Shown piece after piece: positions 15,869-26,492 of a stretch of DNA of 64,000 bases. Position numbers and translations under genes: made by a program. Numbering within the stretch: position 1 is the stretch's first letter; each line of letters begins with the position of its first letter. The DNA lies in sequence record DRR723986_6241. One strand, given 5' to 3'. The notes under the pieces are model-generated. The model saw only the letters and a program-made list of their open reading frames with translations. It had not been told where the DNA came from and did no database searches.

Positions 15869-18321
15869 ACCTCAGGGAACATGCCGAGACACCGAAACTG
15901 CTGGCCGACTATCTCCCCTGGGCCTGCCTCGTCGCACCCGGTGTGGTGCTCAACAAGGATGGCAGCTTCCAGACCACTTTTCGCTATCGCGGACCGGACC
16001 TTGAAAGCTCCACCGAGGCCGGGCTCGTCGCCATTACCGCCCGCGTCAACAATGTCCTGCGCCGGTTCGGTTCCGGCTGGGCGCTCTTCTTCGAGGCCGT
16101 GCGGGTCGAGGCGCATGACTATCCAGACTGCACTTTCCCGGATGCCGTCTCCTGGCTGATCGACCAGGAACGCGCGCTGCGAGCCGATGAGACCGGCGCC
16201 CGCTTCGTAAGCCACTATTACCTGACCCTGCTCTGGCTACCGCCGGCCGACGCGGCGGGTCGCGCCGAAAAGGCCCTGATCACCCGCGCCGACAGCGAAG
16301 ATGCCGCGACCTGGCGCCACCGTCTTGCGACGTTCGAGCAGCAGGCCCGCCGCACGCTCGATCTCCTTGCCACCTGTCTCGCCGAGATTGCGCCGCTGAC
16401 CGATGATGAGACCCTGACCTACCTGCACGCCTGTATTTCGACAAAGCAGCACGCCGTCAGGACGCCTGACCTTCCGGTCTTCCTCGATGCGATTCTCGCA
16501 GACGAACCCTTCGCCGGCGGTCTCGAACCGATGATCGGCGAGGCGCACCTGCGCTCGCTGACGATCCTTGGATTTCCGGCATCGACGCTGCCAGGCATTC
16601 TTGATGAGCTCAACCGTCAGGGTTTTGCCTACCGGTGGACGACGCGGTTCATCGCCATGGACAAGGCAGAAGCGGAGAAGATACTCGGCCGCAAACGCCG
16701 TCACTGGTTTGCCAAGCGCAAATCTCTCGGTTCGGTGCTGCGCGAGACTCTGTTCAATGAACAGGCTGCGCTCCTGGACAGCGATGCCGACAACAAGGCG
16801 CTTGATGCTGACGCCGCATTGCAGGAACTCGGAAGCGATCTTGTTTCCTATGGCTATGTGACGACGACAATTACAGTCGCGAACGAAGACCGCCGCAGGG
16901 TCGATGAACATATCCGCATTGCGGAGCGCATTATCAATGGCCGCGGGTTCACGGCGATCCGTGAAACCCTGAACGCTGTCGATGCCTGGCTCGGGACCCT
17001 TCCCGGGCATGTTTATGCCAATGTCCGCCAACCGATCCTGCACACGCTGAACCTCGCCCATATGGTACCACTGTCGGCGGTCTGGGCGGGTGAGGCCCAG
17101 AACCGCCATCTCGACGCGCCTGCGCTTATCCAGGCGCAGACCGATGGCACGACGCCCTTCCGCCTCAATCTCCATGTCGGCGATGTTGGTCACACACTCA
17201 TTGTCGGCCCGACCGGCGCGGGCAAATCGGTGCTCCTCTCGCTGCTTGCCCTGCAATGGCAGCGCTATCCGGGCGCGCAGGTCTTCCTGTTCGACAAGGG
17301 CCGGTCTGCCCGCGCGGCCGTGCTCGCCATGGGCGGCGCGCATGTCGATTTCGGCAGCAAGCGGCGGCCCAGCCTGCAACCCCTGAAAGACATCGACTTG
17401 GAGACCGGCGCGCGATTCGCCGCCGAATGGCTCGCCGGGCTCTGTGTTCATGAAGGCCTCGCAATGACGCCGCACCTGAAGGCCTGCCTCTGGGAGGGGG
17501 TCGAAGCGCTGGCAAGCGCGCCTGAAACTGAACGAACACTGACGGGCCTTTGTCTCCTCCTGCAGGACGAGACGCTCAAAGCTGCCCTACATCCTTACAC
17601 ATTGGAAGGCCCGCATGGCCGCCTCCTCGATGCCGACCATGAGAGTCTCTCATTCGCTGATATTGTCTGTTTCGAGATGGAGGACCTGATGCAGACGCGG
17701 GGCGCGGCCCTCCCCGTCATAACCTACCTCTTTCACCGGCTCGAAGCCCGGTTCACCGGTCGGCCAACCCTGCTCATTCTGGACGAAGCCTGGCTGTTTC
17801 TCGACAATGCGCTGTTTGCGGCGCGCCTGCGCGAATGGCTAAAGACCCTGCGCAAGAAGAATGTGGCGGTTGTGTTCGCCACGCAGTCGCTCGCCGACAT
17901 TGCGGCAAGCGCGATTGCGCCAGCACTCATCGAATCCTGCCCGACCCGCATCTTCCTTCCGAATGAACGGGCCAGCGAGCCGCAGTCAAAGGAGACCTAC
18001 CAGCGCTTCGGCCTCAATGACCGCCAGATCGACCTGATCGCCCACGCAACGCCCAAGCAGGACTATTATTACCAGTCGCCGCTCGGATGCCGGCTGTTCG
18101 ATCTCGGGCTCGGGCCAATTGCACGCGCGACCTGCGCCGCCGGCTCTCCCGCGGACCACGCGCGCCTCGACCGTATCTGGGCCGAGACCGAGGGAGAGAA
18201 TTTCGCCGAGACCTGGCTCGTGGAGAAAGGTCTGTCCTGGGCGGCAGACCTGCTCCCCCGCTGGCCGGGTCATCAACCAGACGCTGCCGCCACACAATCA
18301 CACGCCATCGCTGCCGAATAG
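15862..18321 (+). CDS. trbE: TrbE/VirB4 ATPase
   Basis: LADYLPWA, GPTGAGKS and LDEAW motifs. Confidence 0.95.
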   Translation: MLNLREHAETPKLLADYLPWACLVAPGVVLNKDGSFQTTFRYRGPDLESSTEAGLVAITARVNNVLRRFGSGWALFFEAVRVEAHDYPDCTFPDAVSWLIDQERALRADETGARFVSHYYLTLLWLPPADAAGRAEKALITRADSEDAATWRHRLATFEQQARRTLDLLATCLAEIAPLTDDETLTYLHACISTKQHAVRTPDLPVFLDAILADEPFAGGLEPMIGEAHLRSLTILGFPASTLPGILDELNRQGFAYRWTTRFIAMDKAEAEKILGRKRRHWFAKRKSLGSVLRETLFNEQAALLDSDADNKALDADAALQELGSDLVSYGYVTTTITVANEDRRRVDEHIRIAERIINGRGFTAIRETLNAVDAWLGTLPGHVYANVRQPILHTLNLAHMVPLSAVWAGEAQNRHLDAPALIQAQTDGTTPFRLNLHVGDVGHTLIVGPTGAGKSVLLSLLALQWQRYPGAQVFLFDKGRSARAAVLAMGGAHVDFGSKRRPSLQPLKDIDLETGARFAAEWLAGLCVHEGLAMTPHLKACLWEGVEALASAPETERTLTGLCLLLQDETLKAALHPYTLEGPHGRLLDADHESLSFADIVCFEMEDLMQTRGAALPVITYLFHRLEARFTGRPTLLILDEAWLFLDNALFAARLREWLKTLRKKNVAVVFATQSLADIAASAIAPALIESCPTRIFLPNERASEPQSKETYQRFGLNDRQIDLIAHATPKQDYYYQSPLGCRLFDLGLGPIARATCAAGSPADHARLDRIWAETEGENFAETWLVEKGLSWAADLLPRWPGHQPDAAATQSHAIAAE

Positions 18322-18329
18322 GTCACAAT

Positions 18330-19046
18330 ATGAAACGCGCGCTCTCCTCTGCTGCTCTTTGCCTGATGCCGATCGCCGCCGTCCCGCTCTGGGTCTTCGT
18401 GCCCGCGCCCGCCGAAGCCCAGCTCGCCGTCTACGATCCAGCCAATCATGCCCAGAATATCCTGCAGGCCGTGCGCGCCTTGCAGGAAGTCGACAACCAG
18501 GTCCGTCAACTCACCCACGAGATCGACATGATCGAGAAAATGGCGCGCGACCTTGAAACGCTTCCCACCCAGGTCGCGCATGCCATCATCCAGGACCGGA
18601 TCACCCGCATTGAAGATCTCCTGAAACGTGCCGACGGTATTGGCTACCAGGTCGATGAGGTCGAACGCGATTACGAAATCCTCTACCCGGACTCCTATGG
18701 CGAGACGCCGCCGGCCTCGGCCGTTCTTCTGGAAGATGCCCGCGCCCGCTGGCAGCAATCGCGGTCGGCGCACAAGCATGTCCTGATGATGGCGGCCGAG
18801 GCGGCCTCGTCCAATACCGGCGATGCCGATGCGCTCTCCGGTCTCGTCACTGACAGCCAGGGCGCAGTCGGCAATCTCCAGGCGCTGCAGGCCGGAAACC
18901 AGATTGGGGCGCTCACCGCCGAGCAGTTGATCCAGATCGAATCCCTGATGGCCGCACGCTACCGCGCTGATGCAATGGATGAGGCAAGCCGGCTTGCCGA
19001 AGCGACACGCGGCCGCGCCCGGCTTAAATCCTTTCTCGGGGACTGA
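18330..19046 (+). CDS. trbJ: TrbJ/VirB5
   Basis: Signal peptide, VYDPAN.AQN and SQGAVGNLQALQAGNQ motifs. Confidence 0.88.
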   Translation: MKRALSSAALCLMPIAAVPLWVFVPAPAEAQLAVYDPANHAQNILQAVRALQEVDNQVRQLTHEIDMIEKMARDLETLPTQVAHAIIQDRITRIEDLLKRADGIGYQVDEVERDYEILYPDSYGETPPASAVLLEDARARWQQSRSAHKHVLMMAAEAASSNTGDADALSGLVTDSQGAVGNLQALQAGNQIGALTAEQLIQIESLMAARYRADAMDEASRLAEATRGRARLKSFLGD

Positions 19047-19052
19047 CACACC

Positions 19053-20351
19053 ATGGCAGAGATGGACGTCATCGACCGGTTCCTCGAAACCTTCATCGCC
19101 TATATCGATAGCGGGTTCGGCCTGCTGGCAGGTGATGTCGCCTATCTCACCTCGACACTTATCGTCATTGACGTGACGCTGGCTGGCCTGTTCTGGGCGC
19201 TCTCCCAGAATGCCGACGTCATATCCGGGCTTCTCAAGAAAGTCCTCTATGTCGGCTTCTTTGCCTTCCTGCTCGGCAATTTCTCCCTCCTCTCGAGCGT
19301 GATCTTCGAAAGCTTTGCCGAGCTTGGCATCAAGGGCGGCTCCGGCACGCTTGCGGCTGCCGACCTGATGCGGCCAGGCTTTATCGCGGGGGTCGGATTC
19401 GAAGCGGCCCTGCCACTACTTCAGGAAATCGGCGAAATGCTCGGGCCGATCGGGTTCTTCGAAAACTTTGTCCTGATCGCGGTCATGCTGATTGCCTGGG
19501 CCGTGATCCTGATCGCCTTCTTCGTCCTCGCGATCCAGCTCTTCGTCACCATTCTCGAATTCAAGCTGACGACGCTCGCCGGGTTTGTGCTCGTCCCCTT
19601 CGCGCTCTGGAACAAGACGACATTCCTTGCTGAACGCGTCCTCGGCAATGTCATCACCTCCGGCCTCAAACTGATGGTGCTCGCCATCATCATCGGCATC
19701 GGATCGACCCTGTTTGCCAGCGTCACGGACGCATTCACCGGAACCGAAGATGTAACGCTCGCTCAGGTGATGGGCACGGTTCTAGCCTCGCTCGTCTTCC
19801 TCTGGATGGGTGTGTTCGGACCCGGCATTGCATCCGGACTGATCACGGGCGCGCCCCAGCTCGGTGCCGGGTCGGCTGCCGGCACGCTTGCCGCAGTCGG
19901 CGCAGGCACTGTGCTTGCTGGCGCAGGCGGCGCTGCAGCCGTGCGGGGGGCGTCTGCCGCGGTCAAGGCAGGTGCTTCTCTCGCCGGCGCGACCCGCACG
20001 TCCTACGACATGGGCCAGGTTGCCTCTGGCGCGTCCGGGGCGCGCGGGGCGATGGCGGGTCTTGGCGGTGTCGCGAGCGCCGGCGCCGACACGCTCCGCC
20101 GTACGGCCGGCCGTCCCCTTCAAGGCGTTGGGGACGCGTACCGAAGCGGCAGCCAGAAAGCCTTCAGCGCGACCGGTGGATCCGGCACGTCACCGGAAGG
20201 CCCGAGCGCGTCGCCGAGCCCTGCCTGGGCGCAGCGCCTGCGCACAGAGCAGCGCATGCAACATGCCGGAACGCTCGCCGCGCACACGCTGCGCGATGGT
20301 GACCGGGGATCGAGCGGCGCCGCACCTCACCTGAACGACAAAGAGGACTGA
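19053..20351 (+). CDS. trbL: TrbL/VirB6
   Basis: YIDSGFGLL, EFKLTTLAGFVLVPF and Gly/Ala-rich tail. Confidence 0.92.
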   Translation: MAEMDVIDRFLETFIAYIDSGFGLLAGDVAYLTSTLIVIDVTLAGLFWALSQNADVISGLLKKVLYVGFFAFLLGNFSLLSSVIFESFAELGIKGGSGTLAAADLMRPGFIAGVGFEAALPLLQEIGEMLGPIGFFENFVLIAVMLIAWAVILIAFFVLAIQLFVTILEFKLTTLAGFVLVPFALWNKTTFLAERVLGNVITSGLKLMVLAIIIGIGSTLFASVTDAFTGTEDVTLAQVMGTVLASLVFLWMGVFGPGIASGLITGAPQLGAGSAAGTLAAVGAGTVLAGAGGAAAVRGASAAVKAGASLAGATRTSYDMGQVASGASGARGAMAGLGGVASAGADTLRRTAGRPLQGVGDAYRSGSQKAFSATGGSGTSPEGPSASPSPAWAQRLRTEQRMQHAGTLAAHTLRDGDRGSSGAAPHLNDKED

Positions 20352-20355
20352 CATC

Positions 20356-21054
20356 ATGGCCTTCCGGCGAAGTGCAACACATTATGGGACAAGCCCCTTT
20401 CCTGAGACGCCCTACCAGAAAGCCGGCCAGGTCTGGGATGAGCGGATCGGCTCAGCCCGGGTTCAGGCCAGGAACTGGCGGCTGATGGCGCTCGGTTGCC
20501 TCGCGCTCTCGTTCCTGAGCAGCGGCGCGCTCGTCTGGCGCAGCCTGCAGTCGACCGTCACGCCCTATGTGGTCGAAGTCGACGAGACTGGCGCAGCCCG
20601 CGCCGTCGCCCCGGCCGAAACGCCCTACACGCCAAGCGATGCGCAGATTGCACACCACCTTGCCAATTTCATCCAGAATGTCCGCGACCTCAGCACCGAT
20701 CCGGTCGTTGTCCGCGAGAACTGGCTCAAGGCCTATGATTTTGTGACCGCGGAAGCGGCCATCACACTCAATGAATATGCCAGAGACAATGACCCGTTTG
20801 CCGATATCGGCCGCAAGTCCCGGACCGTGGATGTGGTGAGCGTGGTGCGCGTATCGGACACGTCTTTCCAGGCCCGCTGGATCGAGAAGACTTATGAAGG
20901 CGGCGCGCTCACGGGGGCCGAACGGTTCACCGGCCTTTTCGCCATCGTCACGCAGGCGCCGAGGGATGCCGAAACCCTCCGCGTCAATCCGCTCGGCCTC
21001 TATGTCCGCTCGCTCAACTGGAGCCAGGACCTCGTCAAAGGAGACACAAAATGA
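20356..21054 (+). CDS. trbF: TrbF/VirB8
   Basis: TPYQKAGQVWDERIGSARVQA.NWR and NPLGLYV motifs. Confidence 0.93.
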   Translation: MAFRRSATHYGTSPFPETPYQKAGQVWDERIGSARVQARNWRLMALGCLALSFLSSGALVWRSLQSTVTPYVVEVDETGAARAVAPAETPYTPSDAQIAHHLANFIQNVRDLSTDPVVVRENWLKAYDFVTAEAAITLNEYARDNDPFADIGRKSRTVDVVSVVRVSDTSFQARWIEKTYEGGALTGAERFTGLFAIVTQAPRDAETLRVNPLGLYVRSLNWSQDLVKGDTK

Positions 21055-22073
21055 TCCGCTTACTGCTTGCCGGTTCGGCACTGGCACTGATTGCGGCGTG
21101 CGCGACGCCTGCCGCCCAAATAATGCCCGATGAGATGAGCCCCTTCATCGCGGCCTCCGAGGTGGAGGAGACTGTCGAGCGTCCTGTCGAAATCGTGTCT
21201 GTCGCGGAAGCCCTTCCCCTCCCCGGGCAGCTAAAGTCAGTCTCCGGCGCCCTTGCGGGACAAACCGCAGAGGAGCAGGAACCTGCCCCTCCGATCGCAC
21301 CGGAAGCCGCCATCGAACAAGGCCGCAAAAGCGCGCTGATCGAGCCTTCGGTCGACGGCTATGTGAATGCAATCCAGGTCTATCCCTTTACCGAGGGTGC
21401 GCTCTACCGGCTCTATGCGAGCCCCGGACAGGTCAGCGATATCGCCCTGCAACCCGGCGAACAGCTCGTGTCAGTATCTGCGGGCGACACCGTCCGCTGG
21501 GTCGTCGGCGACACCGTATCGGGAGCGGGCCGAACCGCGCGGGCGCATGTACTTGTCAAACCGATCAGCGCCGGCATCCATACGAACCTGATGATCGCCT
21601 CTGACCGGCGCGTCTATCATCTTGAGCTTGAAAGCACAGGCGATGGCTACATGGCCGCCCTGTCCTGGCGCTATCCGCAGGACGACCTCATGGATCGTAT
21701 TGCGCGCAATGAACGCGCCCGTTCGCGAGAGGACAACACTGTCGGCACAGGCGTGACACTGGAAGGTATGGATTTCAATTATACGCTATCGGGCGACACG
21801 CCAGACTGGGCCCCCTTGCGAGTCTTCGACGATGGACGCCAGGTCTTCATCCAGATGCCGGACGATATTGCGGCGCATGACCTGCCGCCGCTGTTCGTAC
21901 TCGGCGAGAGGGGCAAGGCCGAGCTCGTCAATTACCGGGTTAAAGCCAACTATTACATTGTCGACCGGCTGTTCAGGGCTGCAGAGCTCCGGCTCGGTGA
22001 AAAGCGACAGACCGTGGTGCGCATCACGAAAACCGGGAAGCGCTCTGGCTTCGCCGCCTTGTTCGGAGGCTGA
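21051..22073 (+). CDS. trbG: TrbG/VirB9
   Basis: DIALQPGE, AGDTVRW and RVFDDG motifs. Confidence 0.92.
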   Translation: MIRLLLAGSALALIAACATPAAQIMPDEMSPFIAASEVEETVERPVEIVSVAEALPLPGQLKSVSGALAGQTAEEQEPAPPIAPEAAIEQGRKSALIEPSVDGYVNAIQVYPFTEGALYRLYASPGQVSDIALQPGEQLVSVSAGDTVRWVVGDTVSGAGRTARAHVLVKPISAGIHTNLMIASDRRVYHLELESTGDGYMAALSWRYPQDDLMDRIARNERARSREDNTVGTGVTLEGMDFNYTLSGDTPDWAPLRVFDDGRQVFIQMPDDIAAHDLPPLFVLGERGKAELVNYRVKANYYIVDRLFRAAELRLGEKRQTVVRITKTGKRSGFAALFGG

Positions 22074-22076
22074 ACC

Positions 22077-23321
22077 ATGGCCGACCCGATCCCGTTCGAA
22101 GCCCAGGCCGAGGCCATGCAGATCCGCGCGCGTCCGCGTCCGGTCAGCCGTATCAATCGCAAGGTCCTGATGCTCAGTGCCTGCGTCGGCGCGATCGCAT
22201 TATTCGCCGTTGCGAGCGCAGCGCTGAAACCTCCCAGAGCAGCCAGTGCCGACAAAAATTCCGAAATCTACAGCACGACCAACAAACGCACACCCGACGG
22301 CCTGACCGCCTTGCCGGCAAGCTATGCTGACGTGACTACGACGACGCCCCGCCTCGGGCCGCCGCTCGCCGGAGACCTGGGCGGCACCATCCTCGCGGCC
22401 GAACGCGATCTCGGACTTGAGCCGGAATACGCGAGCCGGTTCGAAGATGACTTCCGTCCCAACCCGATCGACGAAGCAGCCCGTGCACGCCGCCTGCGTG
22501 AAGCCTCGATGGCCGAGGATGCGTCAAGGGCGCCTGTCTTCTTCAAGCTGGCTGGCGTGGCGAGCCCGGCAAGCGAGGAGAATTCTGGGGCGGTCTTCCC
22601 GGCCGCAAAATACGAGTCTGAACTGCTTGCACTCGCCAAAGCACCACAAGCCATCCCGGCCGGGTTCAACTCCGCCGGTGATCCGAACCTCCAGGACCGA
22701 AAGCAAGCGTTCGCAAAACAATCAGATTCCAGCGACATCTATAATCCGCACCGGGTCGAAGATCCGCTCTCGCCCTATCAGGTGATGGCCGGCACAGTGA
22801 TACCCGCTTCCCTCGTCACCGGCATCAATTCTGATCTGCCCGGGACAATTATCGCGCAGGTGACCCAGCCGGTCTACGACACCGTGACTGGCCAGTTCAT
22901 GCTCATTCCCCAGGGATCCCGCCTCATTGGACGCTACCAGTCCGAAGTATCTTTCGGGCAGGACCGCGCCCTCGTGGTCTGGGACCGGATACTATTCCCG
23001 GACGGCACGTCGATCACGATCTCGGAACCGGGCGCCGACGCGCAAGGCGTTTCAGGCCTCGCCGACCGGACAGATCATCACTGGGACCGGGTCTTTGCTG
23101 CTGCTGGCCTTGCCACGCTTCTCGGTATCGGGTCGGAACTCGGCAATGGTGATGACGACGATGTCGTCCGCGCGATCCGCCGCGGCACAAGCGAGACGGT
23201 CAACGAGGCCGGCCAGCGCGCTGTCGACCGCAATCTCGGCATCCAACCAACGATACGGGTTCGTCCCGGCTGGCCGGTCCGGGTCATCGTCACGCGTGAT
23301 CTTGTCCTTCGGCCCCAGTGA
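22077..23321 (+). CDS. trbI: TrbI/VirB10
   Basis: AGTVIPASLVTGINSDLPG and QPTIRVRPG motifs. Confidence 0.93.
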   Translation: MADPIPFEAQAEAMQIRARPRPVSRINRKVLMLSACVGAIALFAVASAALKPPRAASADKNSEIYSTTNKRTPDGLTALPASYADVTTTTPRLGPPLAGDLGGTILAAERDLGLEPEYASRFEDDFRPNPIDEAARARRLREASMAEDASRAPVFFKLAGVASPASEENSGAVFPAAKYESELLALAKAPQAIPAGFNSAGDPNLQDRKQAFAKQSDSSDIYNPHRVEDPLSPYQVMAGTVIPASLVTGINSDLPGTIIAQVTQPVYDTVTGQFMLIPQGSRLIGRYQSEVSFGQDRALVVWDRILFPDGTSITISEPGADAQGVSGLADRTDHHWDRVFAAAGLATLLGIGSELGNGDDDDVVRAIRRGTSETVNEAGQRAVDRNLGIQPTIRVRPGWPVRVIVTRDLVLRPQ

Positions 23322-23338
23322 AAAGGAGACCAAACCCC

Positions 23339-23569
23339 ATGTCCCTTCGCCTCAAAAAGCTTCCCGATCGTACACCTGTTCGTCTCAGCATTTCGGTCGA
23401 CCCGGACCTCGCACAGGCCCTGACTGACTATGCCGACCTCTACCGGCAAACCTATGGAACTGCGGAAAAGCCGGAAACCCTGATCCCGGCCATGCTCGAA
23501 AACTTTCTCGGCAATGACGCCGGATTCAAACGGGCGCGCCGCGCCTTCAACGCCAGCAAAGGAGACTGA
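23339..23569 (+). CDS. DUF2274 protein
   Basis: LKKLPDRTPV...LIPAMLENFL..DAGF. Typical position after trbI. Confidence 0.82.
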   Translation: MSLRLKKLPDRTPVRLSISVDPDLAQALTDYADLYRQTYGTAEKPETLIPAMLENFLGNDAGFKRARRAFNASKGD

Positions 23570-23572
23570 CCC

Positions 23573-23881
23573 ATGGCGCAAATCGGAACCTTCACACACA
23601 AGGACGGAACCTGGACAGGAACCATCCGGACCATGACCATCAATATCAAAGCCCAGCTTGTCCCGAACAAGTCGAAAGCGAATGAAGATGCACCCGACTT
23701 CCGGTTATATGCTGGGGGAGCCGAGCTCGGCGCCGCCTGGCGTCAGGATTCGAAAGACGGTAAAACGTCCTATTTCTCCGTCAAGCTGGATGATCCGAGC
23801 TTCTCAGCCCCGGTGCGTGCGGCGTTCTTCGGAGATGAGGGCGCCGGAACGGGCACGATGGTTTGGAAGAGACAGGCGTGA
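23573..23881 (+). CDS. DUF736 family protein (second paralog)
   Basis: MAQIGTF...APDFRL...ELGAAW...SVKLDDPSF. Confidence 0.88.
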   Translation: MAQIGTFTHKDGTWTGTIRTMTINIKAQLVPNKSKANEDAPDFRLYAGGAELGAAWRQDSKDGKTSYFSVKLDDPSFSAPVRAAFFGDEGAGTGTMVWKRQA

Positions 23882-24266
23882 AGACCTGATCGGCGCCGGT
23901 CAGGACGACCCACAGGTGGCTCTGAATTGCTACGTTCTGCAGATCTATTGATCCTTTTGCCAGGCAATTTTTGAGTCGCGCCAACCGCACCGGGCCATTA
24001 ATCCGGTTGCATCAACTATTCGCTTGAGCAAGATCAACGCGCCGGTTCTGGTTCAGATCTGGGGACGGTTGGGGATCACAGCACAAGTTCTATAGTATGT
24101 TGAGGACAAGGGAATCCGGCACGCCCGCATCAAGCCAAGCGGACGTCAACTTCACAGTAAGTTCGAGCACTCAAATCGATCCAACCACGAAGCGTTTTGC
24201 CAATTAATAGTGTACAAAGACGATGCCTGTTGACCGATCCATCCCTTCCTCAACACCATTTGGAAC

Positions 24267-25001
24267 TCAATCGGGGACGTAATCCTTGTGGCGCTTTTCG
24301 CCCGGAGGGAGCGCCACCCCAACGCGCTTGCCTGCAAACGGCCCGCCGCGTTCGAGATGGTCAAGAATCACACGCGCTGCATCCTCGTAATAGATCGTCA
24401 ACTGCGGCATCGTCTGCCGGAACGCCAGGGACGTAAAAATGCGCGGCAAAGCCTTGGTCACGCCAAGGCGCGGCACGGGCCATGTGTCAGAGGACAGACG
24501 CAAGCCATCGGTTGGTTTACTGCAGGGCGCATCGATCATCGGCCCCGGACAGAGCATGGACCAATCGAGCGATGTCGACCGAACGGCTAAGAGATTTTCA
24601 CGGTGCGCTTCGAAAATTCTGGGGATCCTGGGCAGATCGAGGGTCAGGTCTTCTGTCCCTGGAATATCAAGGACCGCCGCGCCGCCGAAGAGCCAGAACC
24701 GGCCTCCGGGACCCAACGCCGCATCTGCCGCACGGATGATACGCTGGACAAGGGGCGCATAGGCCGGACCATCATTCGAGTTGCCGGCCGCATTGATGAC
24801 GACGTCGAGTCCCTGCATCGCCCTGGCGAGCGCGGCCTCATCCTCGAATGACACAACCTGCACAAGAAGATTTGCGCGATCGGCATTCTGAATGCGGCTT
24901 ACATCCCGAACGATGGCTGTAACTTGATGACCGCGCTCAAGGGCAAGATCCACAATCCGCCGCCCGGTATTTCCGGCGGCGCCCGCAACACCGATCCTCA
25001 T
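24267..25001 (-). CDS. NAD(P)H-binding oxidoreductase (atypical SDR)
   Basis: GAAGNTG Rossmann motif. ATGA overlap with the upstream gene. Confidence 0.82.
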   Translation of the reverse strand: MRIGVAGAAGNTGRRIVDLALERGHQVTAIVRDVSRIQNADRANLLVQVVSFEDEAALARAMQGLDVVINAAGNSNDGPAYAPLVQRIIRAADAALGPGGRFWLFGGAAVLDIPGTEDLTLDLPRIPRIFEAHRENLLAVRSTSLDWSMLCPGPMIDAPCSKPTDGLRLSSDTWPVPRLGVTKALPRIFTSLAFRQTMPQLTIYYEDAARVILDHLERGGPFAGKRVGVALPPGEKRHKDYVPD

Positions 25002-26488
25002 GCTGCGGCTCTTTTCCATTGGTCCATGAGGGTTCCTGGCTCACCTGTTCCGAAGACGTAGCGGTCGGGCCGCACCAGAACAGCTTCAGCGGAATGCGCA
25101 GAGAGCCATTTTTCCAGTGCGCCCCGGAAGGGCGAAATGGCAGGGTCATCCAGCGCCACGGTGCAAAAACCCGTCTCTTCACTTTCAGATGCCCTGGACG
25201 CGGAACGGCTTATCAACCACACACCGCTGCCAAGGATATCATCCAGCCTGATTGTGCCCGCGGCTTCGCAAACAGGCTGCGGAAAATACGATCCGGCGCC
25301 GGGTGATCCTGCGAGGATGCAGCCGGTTTCAATATCCGGATACGAAACCCTTCCATCTGGCGCGTTGCCGGACGCCCGCGCAGCGAGCATGCCAGCATCG
25401 CGCTGCTTTGCAGCCTCACGATCTGTGATGCAGACGGTCTGGCCCATCATCATCGCCATGGAGATGATGGCCCGGACATTCGGATCGCGTTCTGGTTGGT
25501 AGGTGTCGAGCAGGTCTTCGGACGCACCGTGCTTGATGGCAATAAGCTTCCAGGCGAGATTGGCAGCGTCGCGCAATCCTGAACAGAGGCCCTGCCCCGC
25601 AAAGGGTGGCATCTGGTGAGCGGCGTCACCCGCCAGGAGGAGGCGTTCCTGACGCCACTGTTTTGCGACCCGCGCATTAAAACGATAAACTGCCTGGCGT
25701 TCCAGCGTGACCGCGCCATCCACGTTCCATGGCGCCAAAAGCTCAGCAACGAAAGCGTCGTCGAGGACCTGATCAGCCGTTTCGCCCGGCTTGATCATGA
25801 ATTCCCATCTATGGCGCCCCTCGCCCATCAACACGCAGGTTGTCGGCCGCTCAGGATTGCAGATCTGGAGATTGACGTTTGGCAGGCGCGAGGCATCGTG
25901 CACGATTGTATCGATTACCAGCCACGGCTCATCAAAGTTCAGGTCATCAAACGCGATCCCGGCCGCTTGGCGGACCGGGCTGCGCGCCCCATCGGCGCCG
26001 ACTATGAACGATGCCTGCTTCCGAACAAGGCCGCCCGGTGTGTCGATGTCTATTTCGACATGGTCGTTCTGTTGCTGATGCGACCGGTAGGCCCAGCCGG
26101 TTTGAAGATCGACGCCGTCCTGATCTGCAATCGCGCCACGAACAACCGCCTCAAGTGACGGCTGGTGGATCATGTTGCCTGCCGGCCAGCCTCCAGGACC
26201 GATCTGGTCCATCCCCTCGAACCTTAGAAGCACCTCGCCATCGGCATTGAGAAAGTCATATCGCGCGGACGACCGCCAGGTTGTGGCAAGTGCGTTCGCC
26301 AGCCCAAGTTCCTGGAAGATACGGACAATCTCGTGATCGATATGGGCGGCGCGCGGGAGCGGATAAATATCTGCTTCCTTGTCGATGATCAGCGTATTGA
26401 CCCCACCACGCGCGAGCAGGAGCCCGAGCGTTGCGCCGGTTGGTCCTCCTCCGACAATCACGACGTCATAGTCTGGCATATGCGTCAT
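24998..26488 (-). CDS. FAD-dependent aromatic hydroxylase, MhpA-like
   Basis: GGGPTG, GADGARS, LAGDAAHQMPPFAGQG and LVRPD motifs. Confidence 0.88.
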   Translation of the reverse strand: MTHMPDYDVVIVGGGPTGATLGLLLARGGVNTLIIDKEADIYPLPRAAHIDHEIVRIFQELGLANALATTWRSSARYDFLNADGEVLLRFEGMDQIGPGGWPAGNMIHQPSLEAVVRGAIADQDGVDLQTGWAYRSHQQQNDHVEIDIDTPGGLVRKQASFIVGADGARSPVRQAAGIAFDDLNFDEPWLVIDTIVHDASRLPNVNLQICNPERPTTCVLMGEGRHRWEFMIKPGETADQVLDDAFVAELLAPWNVDGAVTLERQAVYRFNARVAKQWRQERLLLAGDAAHQMPPFAGQGLCSGLRDAANLAWKLIAIKHGASEDLLDTYQPERDPNVRAIISMAMMMGQTVCITDREAAKQRDAGMLAARASGNAPDGRVSYPDIETGCILAGSPGAGSYFPQPVCEAAGTIRLDDILGSGVWLISRSASRASESEETGFCTVALDDPAISPFRGALEKWLSAHSAEAVLVRPDRYVFGTGEPGTLMDQWKRAAA

Positions 26489-26492
26489 GTGT

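Noticed and set aside
14064-17475. Long minus-strand ORFs (378 and 412 aa)
   Set aside because: Shadows of trbB and trbE.
23882-24266. Possible element end or IS scar after the trb operon
   Set aside because: No terminal repeats, tRNA fragment or transposase remnant recognised. The dusA fragment at 43.8 kb is the better boundary.
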